Source: Paraspadella gotoi (Eukaryota; Animalia; Chaetognatha). From it: a DNA stretch of 64,000 nt. Below, one piece after another: positions 52,501 through 64,000 of this stretch. Under the pieces are notes generated by a model. The model was not told where the DNA came from. It saw nothing but the letters and a program-made list of their open reading frames with translations, and did not search any database. Location: the NCBI GenBank assembly GCA_051294375.1, contig CM119264.1, positions 18,693,581-18,757,580 of the forward strand, given 5' to 3'. The position numbers and the translations under genes are program-made. Position 1 is the first letter of the stretch; every line of letters begins with the position of its first letter.

Positions 52501-55081
52501 GAGAGGTGAAGGGAGGGGTGGTCGAAGAAAAAAAAATTCCGTCTTGGATCCGGATTTGTGGCCGTTTTTCCAACGCCTAATCAGCCCTTGGGGAAACTCC
52601 CTCCGGCGATTATTATTAAATGGATTTTTAACGACTCTCTCCTGGAAAACCTCATCCCGGGGCGATGAGAGAGAGAGAGAGAGAGAGAGTCAGTCCCTAG
52701 GCCAACGAGAAATATATGTGATACGCGCGTGCGACGGTGATCGACCCGGTGAGTAGTCCTCGGCGTCCCTGTTGTTGTTGTTGTAGTCGAGACTGGAGAT
52801 GTCCGATGGAAAAAGCTAAAAAAATACTTTTAACTTCGTTAGATCTGAGATTTTCCACGGCAGATGTTTATTTAAGACGCTTGATCATTTCCTATTGCGA
52901 AAACGAAAAGTGTTATCCTCACATGGTGTCTCGACAGATCTGCGAGGAAAGTCGTTTTACTTCTTTGATTTTAAGATGGTACTTACTGCTGCTCGGTGCT
53001 CAGGGATCTGTCTCTCTCTTTTTTTTTCTTTCTTTCTTTTTATGAAAATGAATGAACTTTTCAAAAATAATTATTTTAGAATTAAATATAAAAAATTTTA
53101 AAATTAGGAAAAATTAATGTTTTATTGTTAATTTTATTGTTAATGTTTAACGTTATTACTGATTACGTCCATGTTCATAATTACATACTGAAGGTTCCAG
53201 TGCTTAAAAATTTATTGCAGATGTATGTTCATCAGTAAACTAACCTGTATGACTAAAAAAAACCTTGCTTTAAGTGTCACAATATTATTTTTATTCTCAA
53301 TAAAAACTAATCCATAGTTTTACTTGGCAATATCGCCATACATCTATTCAATTCTATCCAGAAAACGATGCACAAACGTATTTTCGTATGGAGGACGCGA
53401 CTCTAGTTTTCGACGCCGAAACTAATTAATCAATAAATCGAAACAAAAGACCGAAATCCGTTTTTATTTCATTAAAAAATTGCGGGTGACAAAACAGACG
53501 GGAGGATTTTAAAAGGAGAGAAAAATTCGAAAGGCATTTATTTAACATTACTTTAATAACATCTGGTTAAAAACATGTTCATGTCTGTCTGTAGTTAAAC
53601 TTTTTTTAAATTTATTTTAGTTGTCAATTGAACCTTTCGAGGACCGAGTTGTGTGACAGTGAGAATTTCCTTTTGTTACGCTTAAAAGAAATTCAAATAA
53701 ATACAGTGGGGAAACAAGTATCAAGTATTATTACTGTACTTCCAACGGTAGATTCTTTTTACGAAAAGCGTTAAAAATTTATAAAAAAGTACGAAACATT
53801 GATATCTACCTCAAACAACTTAAACATATCTATCCTTTAAAAAGTTGAAAAAATTTTTTCGCCGGCTGAGGTTAAAATAAAAACGAGGAAACAATAAAAC
53901 AAAGGGCAGTCATTGAATACCGGTTGTAAGTCATTCAATTAAATTGAGAAAATAATATATTAGTAGCACATATTTTCGATTCACAAACAGAGCTTAAAAA
54001 ACAAACGAATAAAACAAATAACCGAAAAAAAGATATGTTGTATATCTCGAATCTGGATAAATATACTCTTTTTGTTTTCAACTGTGAGAGATGTTAATTA
54101 GAACGAGTACTCTTATTGTGAAAAATTACTGAAGCGAGAGTCAGGCACGCAGTTCGCGGGTTAAGAAAAATAAATAGCGGACGTGCTGACGTGACAGCTC
54201 GCGAGGCAAACATCGTCCTCATCGCATCTTTCTCTTTCCCAATGTTCTGGACGAGGTTCCGAAAGCGATCATAGTTGTTTGCTTTCGAGATTTCAGCTGT
54301 GGCGCCACATTCCAAGAATCTTCCACATGTGGTTCGCACTTCGCAACATATTGTATTTTCCCAGGAACAGCAATATTTATTTCAAGTTCGACGGTGGTGT
54401 TGGTTGCTGTTGTAGTACATCTTATGATAAATGAAGCACAAGATCGTACATGGTGTTGACGGGTGAGCTGGTGTAGCTAAAGTGCCACATCATCTGCTCG
54501 TCGACTGCGCCGGGCGATGCGTGGACGGCGTCCTTTTTGCACAAATAGCTGGCAATGGCAAAGAAGTGGTTATCAGTACCATGGTATCTGACTTTTAAGT
54601 GTAATGTTGATTAAATTTTAAATAATTATAAGAACAAATCATGTACGTTTCAAGTTTTCAGTCTACTAAGGACAATTTTAAAAGTCGTTAATCCAAGTCT
54701 GCGAAACATTAATTCGAGTCACGCTATTATTTTTGCCCCTTGCGTTCGTCCGGGCTCTTCATCATTCATTGTCGTCTCGCTGCCAAAAAAAAAGAGCAAC
54801 CGCCATTAGTAGAGATAAAAAAAAGAAGACATAGTGGCTCGAATGCGCAACGAGACCGAAAGTCGGCACTCCGATGCTTTTCTCGCTTTTTTACTCTTTT
54901 TTTTTTTACCCTTTTTTGCTCTTTTTTCTTCTAATTTTTTTCGCCTTTTTTTCGCTTTTTTACGCGGCCGAAGTGATTTATCATGGAATGAATCACATCT
55001 TTTATTGCGAAGCGCGTAAACCGAGTGTTAAGCAGTCACGCTTGATTAATTTTTTGCTTTCACGCCTCCCTTTCTCTTTCT

Positions 55082-55162
<81 letters not shown>

Positions 55163-55521
55163 GTCTCGTCTGCCGCTTCCTCCCGCCTATCTTCCGCCTA
55201 TTTTTCATTTTTTATTAAAAAAATTCGGGGAAGGGGGCGTGGAGGGAGGGAAACGGGGGGGGGCGGAGAATTCCCCCGATTTTTTTCTCGTTTTGTTTGG
55301 CTTCATTCGGTTTTTATTCCGGACGAGAAAACTTCGTCTGGGCTTCGATGTTGTCGTTGTCTCTCAAGTTTCTACATATTCTATGACATGTGATGTGATA
55401 TCGATTGATATTCGTCTATGGTGATTTCATTCGGTATTCATTTATTTATTTTTTCATTTATTTATATAGATATTTATTTAATTATTTAATTAATTATCTA
55501 TTTACTTCATAATAATCTTAC

Positions 55522-57091
55522 CCCAGTCGTCGGAGGACGAGGAGGACGAGGACGACGACGATCGCCAGAAGGATGATGGCGGAGAGGATGATCATCACCA
55601 GCGTCACTGGACCTGAATGTGAGGATGAATGTGAGGATGAATAGAGTTGACGTCACATTCAGATTTATAGCCCGTCTTCCAAGCAAGCTGCGCTCGATTT
55701 AACGATTGTTTCAATGAAACCGAACATCATACTTAACATCTCGATCTAGAGAATTTTACAACTTACTTCATCTAAACTTTAATTTTTTTAGAAAAGTCAA
55801 CTGACAATCGATTTACGAGAGATGACCGCGACGGCGACCGTGTCATGTAACTGTCATGTTTAATTCAAGGGTCAAATTGACCCGAATTAGAATCGAGCAG
55901 TCGACGGAATCGTGAATTATTTAAAAGTCTGTTACTAGGGCTCATTTTTAAACAAAACTGGTTCCTACCTTTCTTGTTGGAAGAATCCATGCCATACTAT
56001 ATTCAGTTATTCATATTATTCACTCTCTCCTTTTGTTTCTTGAATTCAATTACTCAATATTCATAATTTAATTAAATTAATCATATTTCTTGTGCATCCT
56101 CTCTCTTCTACTCCCACTCCACCCACATTACCCACCCGGCCACCACAGCAGATGTTCGAAGGCCGAGTCGGCCCCTTTCGGCCTCTTCTTTCCGGCCGGA
56201 AATCGAATGGTTCCGTCCGGAAACCGGAAACGCGTCTTCGCGTTGGGGTCGAGGAACGCGGAGCCGAGGTCGAGGCACAGGAATTTGGTGGCCGTGTGAC
56301 CAGCGTTGTCCCAGGCGCGGAACACCAGCGTCTGGGTCAGACTCGGCTCCTGGGAAAATGGGCAAGGGAGTTGAGAGGAAAAAAAAGTGTTGAATGTAGC
56401 GGGAAGCGTTGGAGGAAAAGGGGACAGCAAAACAGGTGGACCAGTGTGTACTGTATACTGTATAGTGTAAAGGAGAGTAGGAAATCGTGGGAAAAAGGAA
56501 AGGAAAGGAGATGAGAGGAAGGAAAAGGAAGGAAAGGAAAAGGATTAAAGGGATAGAAAGGAAAGGAAAAAGGTAAAAAACGAAAAAGACGGTTTCAAAC
56601 ACTTTTCAGAGGAAGCCAGTTGTACGTTTTCCTCGTGTAATAAAACTTATTCATAAAAATAAAGCTATTTGAAAAAAGGCTTCTCACCAAACCTAGTTTA
56701 AAGAAAACAAATTAAGCAATTCCTATTCTCGCCAAAAAATATTTAAACTAGATATATAATATACATAGGATAATTCCATAAAGCCTTGGGGGGAAAATAA
56801 TATTTTTTTTTCCTGGAGCTTTAACGATGGAACGTTTTTAACGATGGAAATTTTAATGACGGCTGATAATATTTCTCGGGGACGAGCAACGTGAATGACG
56901 ACGACAACGACGATGACGACGACGACGAGAAAAATATGTAAATGATACGACGTTCGTCTCACGGCCGCTGGACGAGAAAAAATGAGTGAAAAAAAAAAAG
57001 AAAAAAAATGAGTCGCGTAATTTTTGGGGCCGTAAAGAAATTATGGGGGATTAAAACTCGGGAAGTGTCGGTAGAGATGTTCTCGTAAAAA

Positions 57092-57126
<35 letters not shown>

Positions 57127-57297
57127 CCTCTCTTTCCGTTATTCTCCTAAAAGCTAACTCGGTCTCTGTCGAGCCTTTTTTTCCTTCGCCAACGACTGTT
57201 TTGCCGTATTTATATCGTTGGATCTTGGAAGTCTCCGTTTGTCTTTTCCTTTTTGTTTTTTTTTTCTCCCTTTCTCCCTTTCGTTGTCGGTAAGTTA

Positions 57298-57384
<87 letters not shown>

Positions 57385-60250
57385 CTCTCTCTTTTCTCTT
57401 TTCTCCTTTCTCCTTTTCTCCTTATCTCGTCTCTCCCTCTTTTCCCACGAATATTTATCCCAGTTTTTCGTCCTCACTTCCACTTTGTCTTCCTTCTACC
57501 TCCAATTTTCTTTCCCTCTCTCTCTCTTCCCCCCTCTTCCCTCCGCCCTCTTACCCGAAAGGACCAGATGGTGAAGAGCTGGTTGACGGCGAGTGACGCG
57601 GCCACGCCCCCTTCGAACCGGGAGATGAAGACGGCGTCGTGCCACCCGTGGACGCTGTAGTGCAGCGGGTTGTGCGTCGTGGAGACGTTGACGCTGCGGG
57701 TGATCGGGGCGGGGCCGGAAGTGCGACTCTCCGCCCTATGACCATAGAAGAGGGAGGAGAAAGAGGAAAAGATTTAGGGACTGAGTGATCGACTAACCGA
57801 CCGACCGACCAAGAAAATGACCGACCGAAAAGTGTTACGCTAACACGCGCGCCATCGCTGCCGCGTTAAAGTGAGGATGAAGAGCGATTGAAATAAAGTG
57901 AAATCGTGAAAAGAGAAGTGGCGTTCGATTGTGAAAAGAGAAATGTGAATGAAGTGTAAATCAATGAAGAAGAGGCACGAGAAGTCAGGGACCGATGCGC
58001 GCCTTGTCAAGAGTGTGAAGAGTTTTGAAGTTAAGTCCGAGTAATATTGAAAAGTAATTAAGTGTACGTAAAAGAAAAAAAAATCAAGCGTGGAGTTTAA
58101 AAGCTATATTAACAAGATGAACGCCCTTTCTCAGCCAACCTGCCGCCGGACTGGTTCATCCCGCAAGGTGCCCCCGTTAGAGTCCACGAGAGATTGGAGG
58201 GGTCGACGACGGGGTTGGAGTAGACGAAGCAGGTGATGTTGGAACGACCCGACGGTTTCGAGATCTCGTAAACCTGAAGTTAAAAGAAGACGATGCTAAT
58301 CGTGTCGGGATAAACTCAAGTTTGTCGTTAATTAGAGACTTAAAATATTGTTGCATTCGAATATGATCCTGTGGCGAATCCTATATTCGCCTCCCGTATA
58401 GCTTTGTGCAACTCAGCTCGTCCCATTGGCTTGGACAGCTAAGTACTCGTTCACCGACCGTGAGTTCCGGGTTCATTCCCCTTATGGTCACGCTGGTAAA
58501 ATTGTGATGGTGTCGGCATAAACAAGCCAGCGACATGGGGTGGTCACTACAGGTCCAAAGCCCTGAGCGCCAGCTGTCGGGTGATGCCGCACACCCCTGG
58601 CATCACACATGTCCCTCCGTTGCCATAATCTCCTCTTATTTTTATAATTTTCTTAGCTCTTTATCAGTATAAAGGATTCAAAGAATAAAAAAGGTGAACA
58701 ATTTCAACAGCTTCGGCTCCAAAATAGCGAGTCCACTCACGTTTCTCGGCCCCTGATTAATTGATTGGCTGAATTATTGATTCGAGTTGATTGATTGGCT
58801 CCGCGGGGTCGAGAGCGAGGGAGAGACTTTTCTTCGCCTAATTCACTCGTTGCTCAGTTCGTGTTTATTTCGACTCCGATTTATCCTCCCCTTTCCTTCT
58901 TTTCCTTTTCCTTTTCTTTTCTTGTTCTCTTTTTTTTCGTCTAGAATCTTTCTTAATTTCCTTTTCTCTTTATGTTTTCTCTTTGTCCTACTTTTTCTCT
59001 TTTCGTTTCCTTTGTCTCTTCACTTTATTTTTATCATTTAGTTTCTTCTATAATTTATTACCCACGTTTATACAGTTTCTCTCTTTCCTTTCTTTCCTTT
59101 TATTTTTTTCCTTATTGTGTCACTTATTTGCACCTCCTTTTTCGTTTCGGAATCGTCGCCAGATGGGCAGCTCTCCGTTGGTTTTCTTATGTATCCTATT
59201 GCCTTCTCTTTTGATCTTAATGAGCTTTTTAAAAGCTCCTATCAGAATTTGCGTCCCTTTCGATTCTATAATCTTTTAAGTAGCAATGATGGCATTGGCC
59301 TAAAACATCTTTCAATTTAACTTAACATTAGCGTTTCTCCTTCAGCCATTCAGCGTTTGCTTATTAAAAGCTTCTTTTTTCTTTTTCTGGCTTCTCGTTT
59401 TCTTTAACGACACATATACCGTTTGCTTCCATTATTTTTTTTAGCGGGCTTCCTCTTGTCTTCCCACCGGCGGCAATAGGCTATTCTCAGTCGCTATTTT
59501 GGGAGCCAATCATTTTCTTTGGGGGTTAAGAGACAACGAGGCAATAAACGCCTCCTCTGCTTTGACCATTCATGCCAGAGGCTTAAAATCTCCTGGACAT
59601 ATTTATCGGTCATTAGTTATTTTATAACTCTTTAACCTTAAAGTATTACAAAAAAAATTAGCTAGTCAGTATGAGAACTTAATTTTGAAGCTTCGAGATC
59701 AAATGTGAGAATTTCATAAGGCCGTTCAACGTCACTTTCAACTTTTCCCCATCGACTCGAAAATCCGCCAATTAATCTTTTGTTTCTTCTCCCGACTCCA
59801 TTACTCCAGCCAAATTACGCGGCCTTTATGAGGTCCCGTTCGTCAGCGTCATCCTCAAAGCGTCCAAGTGACCAAATACTCACGGGTGAATTTTTCATTC
59901 TCTTCGTCTCGTTAATTCAGATGGCTTTTTCCTTCACACTTCACACAGAAGGTGTTTTTTATATATATTCTCATACAGGCCGATGTAGAAGTAGTCCTAT
60001 CTTTAAAGAGGATATTTTGAAAGGAAAACTTTCTTGCCCCGATGACGACTTTAAACTTCATGATGCGTCATCTCGCGGGGTCGACGCCGCTCCATCCTCC
60101 AATCAGTAAAAAGCATGAAAGCTTCTCAGAAACAAGACCATTTAAGCTTAAGACTAAGGATATGGTCTGTCTTTTTCGACAAAGTTTGTTTCGCCCCTAG
60201 AGCCCGTCCTTGTAAAGTAGGTCCATCTGTAAATCCCTCACGACTCACTA

Positions 60251-60284
<34 letters not shown>

Positions 60285-60467
60285 TCTCTCTCTCTCTCTC
60301 TCTCGCCTCTGACTTGAGTCGCACGGCCACTTCATTAGGCCTTTTTTTTTCTCTCCTTCTTTGCCTCAAAAACAAAGTCATCCGATGTAAAACGACACCG
60401 TAAAAGGAGCAGAGAATTAGGAAAGAGGGGAAAGAGGGAGGAGAAACAAAGATAGATTAAGGAGAAA

Positions 60468-60554
<87 letters not shown>

Positions 60555-62935
60555 ATGGAGAAGAGAAACAATCAAACCAAATTAGCGGCGGACAACGAGG
60601 AAGTAAAACTGAACTTTACCCTATCGCCTGAAGAGTGTGACATGACCTCCTCCGTGCAGGTGACCCTGCGTTTTGAAAAGTAGGGTCAATGTGACGTTTT
60701 TGGTCGATCTCTTTGCGCTGACCTTTGACCTGACGCCGAGAAGCAACGAGGGTCGACTCGGCATTACAAAGTCTTTTCAATGATGACGTTCACCTGCGTG
60801 AAAAGAGGAGTGTGATGTGATGGGAAGGAGGGGGAAGGAGGAGGAGAAGAAAAAAACTCGACCTGAGATTGAGACGAATCCGCCCAATCTAAAGCTATCC
60901 AACTCTTTCTGTCGATTCTTTTTCCTAGATTTATTTCCATCTCTTTCTTTCTTTCTTTTTCTCTTTTTTCTAGCTTTAACTCTATTTTTCTTTCTTTCTT
61001 CAATCCAAAACTTTTTTTGCTTCGTTTTNNNNNNNNNNNNNNNNNNNNNNNNNTTTACTTTAACAAGATTTTTCACAAATAAAGTAGTTCATGAGATTGT
61101 TACAACCAATATTAAATTGCTGTTAAATTGCTAACCGGTACTATTAATTACATTTATTATTTTATCATTATACATACAATAAAATTCTCTTTCTTTCTTT
61201 CTTTCTATTTCTCTCTCTCTCTCTCTCTCTCGTAAGAGAGAGATTAAATCCCTGGCGACGATGCACTAATAGTCTCTCGTCATCTCAACTCTGCATCCAT
61301 CTCTCTCTCATCGTCTCTTCTCTCAATCTCTCATCTTCTCTCTCTCTCTTTCTCTCTCTCTCTCGTCTCTCTCTCTCTCCCCATCTCTCTCTCCTCTCTC
61401 TCTCCTCTCTCCCTGTGACTTGAGTTCGCACGGCCCACTTCATTAGTGGCCTTTCTTTTTCTCTCCTTCTTTGCCTCCAAAAACAAAGTCATCCTCGATG
61501 TAAAACGACACCGTAAGAGGAGCAGAGAATGTAGGAAGAGGGGAGAAAGAGGGAGATGAGAACAAGATACGATGTTACAGGAGAAAAAAAAGAGAGAGAG
61601 AGAGAGAGAAGAGAGAAAGTGAGAGAGAGAGACGAGAGAGAGAGAGAGGAGAAGAAGAAAAAGGAGAAGAGAAAAGAGAGAGGTGATAGAAAGGCAATCA
61701 AACGCAAGAAATTAGCGGCGGACAACGAGGAAGTAAAACGTGAGCTTTAACCCCTATCGCCGAAGAGTGTGAACTGAACTCCTACCGTGCAGGTGACTCC
61801 CTGCGGTTTGAAAGTAGTAGGGTCAATGTGACGTTTGGTCGATCTCTTTGCGCTGACCTTTGAACCTCCTTGACGCGCAGAGAACAGACGAGGGTCGAAT
61901 CTGGCATTAACAAAGTTTTTCTAATGAAATGACGTTTACTGCCGTGAAAATAGGAGGTTGATGTGATGAGGCGAGGAGGGGAAAAAGAGAGGAGAGAAAA
62001 AAACTCGATCTGGAGATTGAGACGAAATCCGCCCACATCTAAACAGCTATCCAACGATCTTTCTGTTCGAATCTCTTTTTCGCTAGATTTATTTCCATCT
62101 CTAATTCTTCTTTTTTCTATTTCTCTCTTTTGTCTAGCTTAACTACTATTTTTTCTTTTCTTTTCTCTCATCCAAAACTTTTTTTGCTTCTTTTGTTTCT
62201 TGTTTATTTTCTCTCTATTTCACCATTAGCCTTACTTGTTTAAGATCTTTTATCAAAATATCTCTTTCTACTTTTGAATATTTTTCGACTATCTTTTTTT
62301 CGATCTCGCATTGCTTATCTCTCCTCGCTCTGCATTTTCTATTCAAGAGAGAACCCTATAACTTATACATGACTCCTTGAATATCAATCATGTCGGTCAA
62401 GGTTCATTTCATATTGTCTAATGTCTATACAACTGCAAACTAAAACGCAAATATAATGTGGCAAACTGGCAACATATTTACTTTAACAAGATTTTATCAC
62501 AAATAAAGTAAGTTCAAATGAGATTGCTTACAACAATATTAAAATTGCTGTTAAATTGCTAACCAGGTACTATTAAATTACATTTATTCTATCTTTATTC
62601 ATTATACATACAGATAAAATTCTCTTCTTTCTTTCTTGTCTATTCTCAATTTCTCCCTCTCTCTTTCCTCTATTTCTCTCTCCTCTTCATCTCTCTCCTA
62701 TTCTCTCTCTCCTCTCTCTCTCTCGTCTCTCCTCTCTCTCTCTCTTCTCTCTCTCATCTCTCGTCTCCTCTCTCATCCTCTCTCANNNNNNNNNNNNNNN
62801 NNNNNNNNNNTCTCTCCCCGTATCCAGACCGAGTCCCTCTCCCTGAAAGTAGCCTCGTACTATGACAAAATTAATCCATCAGCATCGGAAAATGATCCTC
62901 GTCATCGGGAAGGACCCAGGTCGTGGGAAGGTTTC
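55522..62935 (-). CDS. Partial type I single-pass membrane glycoprotein with Ig-like ectodomain; 5' end and cytoplasmic tail unresolved
   Basis: Phase-consistent minus exons: 60665-60620 (VTCTEEVMSHSSGDR), 58273-58140 (VYEISKPSGRSNITCFVYSNPVVDPSNLSW), 57735-57555, 56349-56136 (QTLVFRAWDNAGHTATKFLCL) and 55612-55522 (GPVTLVMIILSAIILLAIVVVLVLLVLRRL, a transmembrane helix with basic stop-transfer). N-glycosylation sequons NIT, NLS, NQS and NVS. A noisy upstream exon at about 62935-62819 ends ...RDSVWIR. Confidence 0.8.
58410..58630 (+). mobile_element. tRNA-derived SINE-like insertion in an intron
   Basis: A-box-like TGGCTTGGACAGCTAAG and B-box-like GGGTTCATTCCC at tRNA spacing, followed by a ~150-bp body of balanced composition unlike the flanks. 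Confidence 0.45.
61246..62785 (+). other. Error-rich duplicate of about 60230-61231, probably an uncorrected long-read gap-fill artefact
   Basis: Collinear with the preceding kilobase but full of 1-2 nt insertions (GACTTGAGTCGCACGGCCACTTCATTAGGCC vs GACTTGAGTTCGCACGGCCCACTTCATTAGTGGCC). It ends at a 25-N gap. Confidence 0.85.
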
Positions 62936-63844
62936 CTTGAATTATTGATCATAATCGACTTTGGCAGCGAAAGGCAGAGAAAGGCGCAACCAACGAAGCA
63001 TCTGTGCGAGAAGAAAATGGAAACAGAAAAGAAAAAAAAAGAAAATCAGTGAAGCCCAAAGCCTCGTTGAATTGAAAAGGAGAAATCCTCACAAAAACGA
63101 GGGATGAATTGAAATTCTAAGGACAGTCTTGAAGCAAAGTCACAAGGAAAAGCGTCATATCTAATTTCGACTCATAACGAGGCTCCTGATTTTTTTTGAG
63201 ATAAATAAAAATACTCGGACAAAGCTTAACCACTGCGACAAGTAAAACGGTAGTAAAGTCGCTAATCAACTGCTATCATATTTTTAATTTTAAAATAGAA
63301 GAATAAAGAAAATTATAACGTGAGTGTCCTCAATCGCATTCCGTTTCCTTTTCCTCTTTTGGAATTAGTAATGGCAGATGGCGTTGACGTTTCAATTTCC
63401 CACCATTTTCCTCGTTGTGGCCGAAAAGAAGCCATTTTCCCTTCTCCTCCTTTCGGCCATTTCCACTTTAATTAAGGCCAAGAAGTTCTTACTCTTCCCG
63501 TTTGGAGGGAAGAGTCGGGATTGATGTGTGGTTGTGCTTTTATATACATATTTATACATATTTATACTTATTTTTTAAAAAAAGGCTAAATGTAAAAAAA
63601 TTCACTTCAGAAAATATTTGATTTATCGTCTTTTAGTAATTTATTTTTTTTTTTTAATTCAGCGAAGAAGATCGTTCCAATGGTTTTGACATTTCTATTT
63701 GAAACATTTTTCATCCCTCTCCATGAGTGCCTTTCGGTAACTCTCTCTCTATCTCATCTCTTCTCATCATCTCTCTCTCTCTCTCTCTCTCTCTTAGCAC
63801 TCCTTTGTGGTGTGTATTCTGTAAGTCTGGTATCCGGCTCTCGT

Positions 63845-63920
63845 AAATAAACAGTTTGAGCAAAACAATGTCGGATCTGCCCACCTATATATTTAGGCGG
63901 TAAGCAGCTAATCAGATGAA
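63845..63920 (+). mobile_element. 5' head of another HINE-family copy
   Basis: TTTGAGCAAAACAATGTCGGATCTGCCCAC...GCGGTAAGCAGCT matches 48895-48943. Confidence 0.7.
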
Positions 63921-64000
63921 ATTAATTATAAGAAATCTTTGTTAATTTATTTTATTTTAATATTTATATAAAAATTGGTATTTGTTGAAATTGAAATTGA

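Noticed and set aside
61750-61803. Duplicated mutually exclusive exon of the Ig-like gene
   Set aside because: It lies in the indel-rich duplicate that is most likely an assembly artefact.

Overview
This is eukaryotic (metazoan, probably invertebrate) draft-assembly DNA with spliceosomal introns, the standard genetic code and a very high load of (GA)n/(TC)n microsatellites and long purine/pyrimidine tracts. Nearly all entries in the supplied ORF track are low-complexity artefacts. Manual exon chaining (GT/GC-AG ends, phase-consistent) gives five genes. (1) The 3' part of a GH18 chitinase with an intact DGLDVDWEYP catalytic motif and a C-terminal CBM14 domain (1-3513 +). (2) A complete 5-exon ropporin-1-like gene (23208-26480 +). 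(3) A 5-exon, highly divergent TspO/MBR (translocator protein)-like gene with a 9-aa His/Asn/Gln-rich repeat tail (27006-28919 +). (4) A roughly 12-exon BTB-BACK gene without kelch repeats, in which a Gly/Cys-rich insert separates BTB and BACK; it has one GC-AG intron (37509-44033 -). (5) Part of a single-pass Ig-like membrane protein gene (55522-62935 -). Non-coding features include a Helentron/DINE-1-like (HINE) family in several copies, a ~70-bp-arm palindrome built around a Penelope-type hammerhead core, tRNA-SINE-like relics, RFX X-boxes and a perfect ChoRE-type E-box pair. The 61.2-62.8 kb segment is most likely an assembly artefact: a noisy long-read duplicate of 60.2-61.2 kb. I found no CRISPR array, rRNA, intact tRNA or clear multi-gene novel system. 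The best novelty candidates are the TSPO-like repeat protein, the split BTB-BACK protein and the hammerhead palindrome. All family assignments were made by eye from motifs, without database searches.
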